DNA of 21,142 nt from Candidatus Krumholzibacteriia bacterium. GTDB lineage: Bacteria > Krumholzibacteriota > Krumholzibacteriia > WVZY01. Below are positions 15,377-21,142 of the stretch, one piece after another (position 1 is the first letter of the stretch; every line of letters begins with the position of its first letter). A model generated the notes under the pieces. It was given only the letters and a program-made list of their open reading frames with translations. It had not been told where the DNA came from and made no database searches. The position numbers and the translations under genes are program-made. The stretch spans positions 1-21,142 of the forward strand of contig JAZGDW010000102.1 in NCBI GenBank assembly GCA_036478295.1, in the 5' to 3' direction.

Positions 15377-16567
15377 ATGGTCAGGACGCACAAACTCCTG
15401 GATGGCACAGAGGGGCTGCGGGTCGGGCGCGAACCGGGCCCAGGCGACGACGGCACGTGGATGGATCGTGCGATCGACCTGGCCTGGCTAGGGTCCGGTC
15501 GCACGCGGCCCAATCCCCTGGTGGGAGCGGTCGTGGTATGTGACGGCCGGGTGGTCGGTGACGGATATCACGCAGCCCGCGGCCGGGAGCACGCGGAGAC
15601 GGAAGCGCTCGACCGAGCCGGTCCCGCGGCACTGGGTGCCACATTGTACGTGACGCTCGAGCCATGCGTGCATTACGGCAGGACGCCGCCGTGCACAGAC
15701 CGCATACTGGACAGCGGTGTGCGACGCGTGGTCGTGGGCACGCTTGATCCGGACCCCAGGGTCGGCGGACGCGGAATCGAAGCGCTGCGTTCGCACGGCA
15801 TCGAGGTGGCGCTCGGTGTGCGTGCCGAGCGGGCCCTGCTGCTCAACCTCCCCTACTTCAAGAATGCGCTGCAGTTGGGGCCGGTCGTAACGCTGAAAAT
15901 GGCCTGTTCTCTCGACGGTCGAATCGCGGCGAGGCGGGGCAGTAGGGATACGATTAGCGGGGCCGAGGCCCGGCGCTTTGCACATCGGCTCCGTGCAATC
16001 CACGACGGGGTACTGGTGGGTAGCGAGACGTTGCTCGTCGACTCGCCGCAACTGGATTGCCGGTTGCTCGACGGTATTCCCGCCCCGACGCCCGTGGTGA
16101 TGGATGCTCGCCTGCGTTTTCCCTCAGGGTACCGGTGGACCGGTGAGCGACGGCCCTTCATCGTTGTCGCCGGGGATGATTGTGATGACACGCGCCGCGC
16201 GCGCATTGTCGATCAGGGTGGGCGGGTGCTCACCTGTGCCCGGCAAGACGGACGGCTCGATCCGCGCTCATTGCTCGAGAGTGTGGGCAAAGCGGGAATT
16301 CACAGCCTGCTGGTGGAAGGTGGGGCCGAGGTTTTCTCGAGTTTCGCGCGGCGGGGCCTGTGGGATGCGATGCACCTTTTCGTATCACCGATCATGTTTG
16401 GCCCGGACGGTGTGGGTATGGCGGAAACGGCGATCGACCGCGACAGGCTCGGGGCGGTGTCGGTGGGAGTGTCAAAGTTTGACAGCGACATTCTGATCAG
16501 CTACCTGCGTTCGACGACCCGGACCGCGTTGCTGGAACGGCTGCTACCCAGAGTGTCTTGGGAGTAA
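15377..16567 (+). CDS. ribD: Bifunctional pyrimidine deaminase/reductase RibD
   Basis: TRPNPLVGAV, HAE, TLEPCVHYGRTPPC, KMACSLDG and LLVEGG. Start uncertain (ATG 15377 or 15461); the track start at 15203 lies inside the riboswitch. Confidence 0.94.
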   Translation: MVRTHKLLDGTEGLRVGREPGPGDDGTWMDRAIDLAWLGSGRTRPNPLVGAVVVCDGRVVGDGYHAARGREHAETEALDRAGPAALGATLYVTLEPCVHYGRTPPCTDRILDSGVRRVVVGTLDPDPRVGGRGIEALRSHGIEVALGVRAERALLLNLPYFKNALQLGPVVTLKMACSLDGRIAARRGSRDTISGAEARRFAHRLRAIHDGVLVGSETLLVDSPQLDCRLLDGIPAPTPVVMDARLRFPSGYRWTGERRPFIVVAGDDCDDTRRARIVDQGGRVLTCARQDGRLDPRSLLESVGKAGIHSLLVEGGAEVFSSFARRGLWDAMHLFVSPIMFGPDGVGMAETAIDRDRLGAVSVGVSKFDSDILISYLRSTTRTALLERLLPRVSWE

Positions 16568-16570
16568 CGG

Positions 16571-17215
16571 ATGTTCACAGGGATCATCAAGGAAATCGGG
16601 ACAATCGAAAGCCGGCGCGACACGCCGCAGGGCCGTTCGTTCGTCGTCGCCGCCACCACTGCCACCTGCGGCCGCCTCGCACGGGGGGACAGCGTGGCGG
16701 TGAACGGCGTGTGCCAGACGGTTGAAATGGTAGACGGCGAGCGCTTCGGTTTTACGGCTGTGGGCGAAACCCTTCGTCGCACGACCCTGGATTCGCTGAC
16801 CAGCCCTGCCCGAGTCAATCTCGAGACTGCGGCGACACCCGTTACCGCCCTCGGCGGTCACCTCGTGCAGGGCCATGTCGACGGCGTCGCGAGCGTCGAG
16901 TCGTTCGTGTGGGACGGCGAGGACCGGCTTCTAAGCGTGCGCGTGCCGGATGGGATCGCCGATTTGACGGTGGAGAAAGGCTCGATCGCCATCGACGGTG
17001 TGAGCCTGACGGTCATCGAATCCGCGAACAACCTGATTACCATTACCATCATACCATTCACTTTGGAAAATACAATTGTCGGGGACTACGAGAGTGGCAC
17101 CCGAGTCAACGTAGAAGCGGACATCGTTGGCAAGTACGTTATGGAATACTTACGGAGGATAGATTCAAGGGTGCAAACGCGCAAGCGAACGAGCCCGTAC
17201 CAAGAGGAGAAGTGA
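16571..17215 (+). CDS. ribE: Riboflavin synthase (alpha chain)
   Basis: N-terminal MFTGII, then [34 protein letters not shown] and [18 protein letters not shown]. Confidence 0.97.
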   Translation: MFTGIIKEIGTIESRRDTPQGRSFVVAATTATCGRLARGDSVAVNGVCQTVEMVDGERFGFTAVGETLRRTTLDSLTSPARVNLETAATPVTALGGHLVQGHVDGVASVESFVWDGEDRLLSVRVPDGIADLTVEKGSIAIDGVSLTVIESANNLITITIIPFTLENTIVGDYESGTRVNVEADIVGKYVMEYLRRIDSRVQTRKRTSPYQEEK

Positions 17216-18462
17216 TGAGCGTTTTTTGCAGTGTTGAGGAAGCGATCTCGGAAATGCGCAAAGGCAACATCGTTATCGTTGTCGACGACGAATCACGCGA
17301 GAACGAAGGGGACATGATTATCGCGGCGGAGAAGATTACCGCGGACAAAATCAATTTCATGATCAAGCAAGCGAGGGGACTGGTGTGCCTCGGTCTGACG
17401 CCGGAGCGCTCCCGGGAGCTGGACCTCAAACCGATGGTGGCCGACAACACGGCCAAGCTGGGTACGGCGTTCACGGTGTCCATCGATGCCATCCGGGGCA
17501 CAACCACCGGAATCAGCGCCTTCGACCGCACGGAGACCATACGGGCCACGATTGCAGCGCACTCCAAGGCCGCCGATTTCGCCCGGCCGGGACACGTGTT
17601 TCCCCTTACCGCTTATCCGGGAGGCGTGCTGCGGCGCGCGGGGCATACGGAAGCGTCGGTGGACCTGGCCACGCTGGCCGGTCTCTACCCTGCCGGCGTA
17701 TTGTGTGAGGTGATCGACGAGGATGGCCACATGGCGCGCCTGCCCCGGCTCGGAAGGATCGCTGTGGAGCACAACCTCAAAATTGTTACTATCCAGGCCC
17801 TGATCGAATACCGGCGCCGCACCGAAAAGCTCGTCTCGCGAACTGCGCACACCGAACTGCCGACGCGCTACGGCACGTTCACGTTGTACCTCTACAAGAG
17901 TGAGATCGACGACGCCCGGCACGTGGCTCTGGTCAGGGGTGACATCGGCGGCGACGAGCCGACCCTGGTACGGGTACACTCCGAGTGCCTCACCGGTGAC
18001 GTGTTCGGCTCGATGCGTTGCGACTGCGGCTCGCAGCTTGGCACCGCGCTGTCTCAGATCGAGAACGCCGGTCGCGGAGTACTGTTGTACATGCGACAGG
18101 AAGGTCGCGGCATCGGACTCGAGAACAAGATCAAGGCCTACGCCTTGCAAGAGCACGGGCGGGACACCGTCGAGGCCAACGAGGAATTGGGGTTTGCGCC
18201 GGACCTGAGGGACTACGGGATCGGAGCGCAGATTCTGGCCGACCTTGGCATCAAGAAAATGCGGCTGCTCACCAACAATCCGAAAAAGGTGGTCGGACTC
18301 AAGGCATACGGAATTGAAATCGTCGAGCGCGTGCCGGTTGAAGTCTCCGCCAACGAAAACAACATCGGCTATCTTTCCACCAAGAGGGACAAGCTTGGCC
18401 ACATCCTCGTGGGTCTGGAAGCACGCGCGTCGCAGTTGAACGGTACCGATCGCAAGGGGTAG
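17215..18462 (+). CDS. ribBA: Bifunctional DHBP synthase / GTP cyclohydrolase II
   Basis: [54 protein letters not shown] and TNNPKK. GAGGAG SD; ATG 17215 overlaps the ribE stop (TGATG). Confidence 0.97.
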   Translation: MSVFCSVEEAISEMRKGNIVIVVDDESRENEGDMIIAAEKITADKINFMIKQARGLVCLGLTPERSRELDLKPMVADNTAKLGTAFTVSIDAIRGTTTGISAFDRTETIRATIAAHSKAADFARPGHVFPLTAYPGGVLRRAGHTEASVDLATLAGLYPAGVLCEVIDEDGHMARLPRLGRIAVEHNLKIVTIQALIEYRRRTEKLVSRTAHTELPTRYGTFTLYLYKSEIDDARHVALVRGDIGGDEPTLVRVHSECLTGDVFGSMRCDCGSQLGTALSQIENAGRGVLLYMRQEGRGIGLENKIKAYALQEHGRDTVEANEELGFAPDLRDYGIGAQILADLGIKKMRLLTNNPKKVVGLKAYGIEIVERVPVEVSANENNIGYLSTKRDKLGHILVGLEARASQLNGTDRKG

Positions 18463-18466
18463 GCAG

Positions 18467-18928
18467 ATGCCGAGCGTGCACGAGGGCAGCCTGGAGGTGA
18501 TCAACCGGCGGGTCTCAGTCGTCGCGGGCCGCTTCAACGAATTTGTGACCTCACGCCTCGTCGACAGCGCCATCGAATGCCTGGAAAAACACGGGGCCGA
18601 TCCAGCAGCCGTGGATGTGTACTGGGTGCCCGGCGCTTTTGAAGTACCACAGATGGCCATGCGGGTAGGGACAGCCGGCAGGGCTGACGGTATCATCTGC
18701 CTGGGCGCGATCATTCGCGGCGAGACAAATCACTTTGAAAACCTGTCAGCGTCTGTTATTAATTCAGTCGCGGAAGTTTCCCGGCGCTGCTCGATTCCCG
18801 TGACCTACGGAATCGTTACGGCCGACACGCTGGAACAAGCGATGAACCGCGCGGGAGGCGAGGTTGGAAACAAGGGGTGGGAAAGCGCGCTGGCACTGAT
18901 TGAGATGATGACCCTGTGGGAGAGCTGA
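18467..18928 (+). CDS. ribH: 6,7-dimethyl-8-ribityllumazine synthase
   Basis: RFN, VPGAFEVP, LGAIIRGETNHF and RAG...GNKG. Confidence 0.96.
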   Translation: MPSVHEGSLEVINRRVSVVAGRFNEFVTSRLVDSAIECLEKHGADPAAVDVYWVPGAFEVPQMAMRVGTAGRADGIICLGAIIRGETNHFENLSASVINSVAEVSRRCSIPVTYGIVTADTLEQAMNRAGGEVGNKGWESALALIEMMTLWES

Positions 18929-18935
18929 TCGCAAA

Positions 18936-19352
18936 GTGGGCAAGCGGCGAAAGGCAAGGGAAGTCGTTCTGCAGGCTCTTTACGAGTCGGAGTTTTCAGA
19001 CAAACCCTGGACCGAAATCCTCGACGGGCAGACGAAGGATCGAGCTTCAACCCCAGAGACGATAGAATACGCCCAGACGCTGCTGGCGAAAGTTCGCGAA
19101 ACAGTGGCCGACCTCGACGAAAAAATACGCTCTTGCCTGGATAACTGGGAACTGGAACGCATCTCACTAATCGACAAAAACATCTTGAGATTCGCGCTTG
19201 CCGAGATGCTCTTCTTCCGGGAAGTTCCGGCCAAGGTCATCATCGACGAAGCGATAGAAATCGCGCACAAATACAGTTCGCGTGAAGCGGGAAGTTTCGT
19301 CAACGGAGTCCTCGACCGTTTCGCACACGAATACAGGCGGGACGAGATTTGA
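18936..19352 (+). CDS. nusB: Transcription antitermination factor NusB
   Basis: RRKAREVVLQALY, WELERISLIDKNILR, VIIDEAIEIAHKY and FVNGVLD. Follows ribH; GTG start. Confidence 0.96.
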   Translation: MGKRRKAREVVLQALYESEFSDKPWTEILDGQTKDRASTPETIEYAQTLLAKVRETVADLDEKIRSCLDNWELERISLIDKNILRFALAEMLFFREVPAKVIIDEAIEIAHKYSSREAGSFVNGVLDRFAHEYRRDEI

Positions 19353-20077
19353 GACACCTCCTCTTTTCAGACATCCACAGCAACCTCGAAGCGTTGCAAG
19401 CGGTTCTCGAAAGTGCTCACAAGCAGGATATTGATTCGACCTACTGCCTCGGTGATTTTGTCGGTTACGGGGCGAACCCAAAGGAGGTCGTGCACACTGT
19501 CACGGAGCTGCCCAGGTGCAAGGCGGTTCTCGGTAATCATGATGCGGCGGTCATCGATCTTTCAGAGCGTGTATTCTTCAACCCGGTCGCGCGCGCGGGC
19601 ATCATTTACAGCCAGCAGAACCTCGACGAGCAAAGCGAATCCTATTTGAAAGATCTTCCACTCGCTCTCGACGCCAAGGACTTCTTTGTGGTGCACGCCT
19701 CGCCCGCCGATCCTGAGTCGTGGATCTACGTCCTGGAGCCGCTGGAAGCGGCCGATGCATTTCATGTCATGAAGCACGCGGTGGCGTTCATAGGACATAC
19801 GCATTTTCCCGCCGTGCACACGGATACCGGGGCGGTCGCTCCGTTTCGCCCCGGAGAGCGGATCAAAGTTACGCCCGAGAGCAAGCTGATCGTCAACGTA
19901 GGCAGCGTTGGGCAGCCGAGAGACGGCGATTGCCGGGCAGCCTACGTGATCTACGACGATGAGTCTAAGACCATCGAGATTTTCCGTGTCGACTATGATA
20001 TCGACAAGGCCGCGAGAAAAATACTCGACGCGGGCCTCCCCCCCATGCTGGCGGACAGAATCCGCCGGGGCTATTGA
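19349..20077 (+). CDS. Calcineurin-like metallophosphoesterase
   Basis: SDIHSN, LGDFVGYG, GNHD, VHASP, GHTH and NVGSVGQPRDGD. TTG start overlaps the nusB stop (TTGA). Confidence 0.92.
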   Translation: MRHLLFSDIHSNLEALQAVLESAHKQDIDSTYCLGDFVGYGANPKEVVHTVTELPRCKAVLGNHDAAVIDLSERVFFNPVARAGIIYSQQNLDEQSESYLKDLPLALDAKDFFVVHASPADPESWIYVLEPLEAADAFHVMKHAVAFIGHTHFPAVHTDTGAVAPFRPGERIKVTPESKLIVNVGSVGQPRDGDCRAAYVIYDDESKTIEIFRVDYDIDKAARKILDAGLPPMLADRIRRGY

Positions 20078-20089
20078 CAGTCCAGATCG

Positions 20090-20848
20090 ATGGCGCGGTC
20101 TTCCGAAAAGAAACATTGGGATGAGTTTTGGGCAGCCTCACAGGCGATCGATGATGTCTACGGCACCGACGATCGCATCCTTGACAATCTCGAGCGGTGG
20201 TCAAGAGTTGACGGCTTGCGCGTCCTCGAAGTCGGCGCGGGAACCGGCCGCGATACGGATACACTGGCGTCCCGCAACGCGACAGCGTACGCACTCGATT
20301 ACAGCGAGGAATCCCTGTCGCTGATGAAGAACTCGCTGCGAAACGCGGTGATAATCACCTGTGGCGATGCGCTGGCCCTTCCTTTCTGTGACGAATCCTT
20401 CGATGTGGTTTTCCACCAGGGACTGCTGGAGCATTTCCGCAATCCTGCCGATCTGCTCGACGAGAACGTGCGGGTTTTGAAAAAAGGTGGGATCGTGCTC
20501 GTCGATGTTCCACAACGGTATCACTACTACACTGTTCTCAAGCACATACTCATCGTGTTCGGCAAGTGGTTCGCCGGTTGGGAAACGGAGTTTTCCGCCC
20601 GTGAGCTTCGCGAACTGCTGGAGTCGCGAGGGTTGCAGGTTCTGGGAACATATGGACATAATTTGTGTCCTCCGATATGGTATCGGGGTTTCAGACGGCT
20701 GTGCCTGCGGATCGGCTTGCGGTTGCCGATGTTCCGGCGGGGACCGCGCTTCATCGCGCGCGGCTGGCGGGCGCTGCGATCGCTGGTGCCCAAGGGGATC
20801 TACGAGAACACCGCGATGGTTGTCGGCTGCATCGCCCGGAAGAAATAG
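20090..20848 (+). CDS. Class I SAM-dependent methyltransferase
   Basis: Motif I VLEVGAGTG, then ALDYS, GDALALPF.DESFDVV, LEHF and RVLKKGG. Confidence 0.9.
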   Translation: MARSSEKKHWDEFWAASQAIDDVYGTDDRILDNLERWSRVDGLRVLEVGAGTGRDTDTLASRNATAYALDYSEESLSLMKNSLRNAVIITCGDALALPFCDESFDVVFHQGLLEHFRNPADLLDENVRVLKKGGIVLVDVPQRYHYYTVLKHILIVFGKWFAGWETEFSARELRELLESRGLQVLGTYGHNLCPPIWYRGFRRLCLRIGLRLPMFRRGPRFIARGWRALRSLVPKGIYENTAMVVGCIARKK

Positions 20849-20861
20849 CGAGGAGGAGGTC

Positions 20862-21142
20862 TTGGCAAAATTCCTGGCCGTGAACTGGCGAGACCTCAGA
20901 AATCCCGACGCCGGGGGCGCGGAAGTTCACCTCCACGAAATCCTCACGCGGCTGGCGGCGAAAGGGCACGAGGTCACGCTGCTGACCACTGGGTATGCTG
21001 GTGCCCGTTCCGAGGAAGAGTATGACGGCATGCGCGTGCTGAGGCGCGGCAGCTGGTACAACGCAAATTTCGTCCTCGCTCGTTACGCCCGTTCCTGGCT
21101 GAAGAACAACCCGGTGGACCTCGTCATAGAGGATATCAACAA
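20862..21142 (+). CDS. Glycosyltransferase family 4 protein, 3'-truncated by the window edge (not in the ORF track)
   Basis: AGGAGGAGGT SD then TTG 20862. Translation MAKFLAVNWRDLRNPDAGGAEVHLHEILTRLAAKGHEVTLLT...VDLVIEDIN matches the GT4 N-terminal GGAE/GHEV pattern; frame is open to the window end. Confidence 0.88.
   Translation, partial: MAKFLAVNWRDLRNPDAGGAEVHLHEILTRLAAKGHEVTLLTTGYAGARSEEEYDGMRVLRRGSWYNANFVLARYARSWLKNNPVDLVIEDIN

Noticed and set aside
16909..17214. N-terminal extension of RibBA in the ORF track
   Set aside because: It overlaps ribE in another frame. The SD and family-like sequence begin at 17212-17215.

Overview
GC-rich bacterial chromosomal window, probably from a diderm (several lipoproteins and a TonB protein). 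It is densely coding, with no mobile element, CRISPR array, rRNA or tRNA seen. Left block (+): end of a mannose-1-phosphate guanylyltransferase, a parvulin/TPR lipoprotein, a DUF151 nuclease and an LpoA-like TPR + periplasmic-binding-fold lipoprotein. These converge on a (-) pair: a TonB-family protein and a large lipoprotein with two Amidase_3 domains. An AT-rich divergent promoter region precedes a (+) run of selA, a SPOR membrane protein, smc and ftsY. A sigma70 promoter and an FMN riboswitch then precede ribD-ribE-ribBA-ribH-nusB, a metallophosphoesterase, a SAM methyltransferase and a partial GT4 glycosyltransferase. The most unusual signals are an apparent pseudo-BY-kinase (CpsD/MinD fold)-TM-SPOR fusion upstream of smc, a tandem active + degenerate amidase, and an SMC with an altered hinge glycine motif. 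Also notable are two promoters sharing TTGACCCYTCCC whose spacers can sequester the downstream Shine-Dalgarno (SD) sequence, a possible leader ORF coupled to selA, and an operator-like palindrome in the rib promoter. All calls come from motif recognition by eye; no searches were run.
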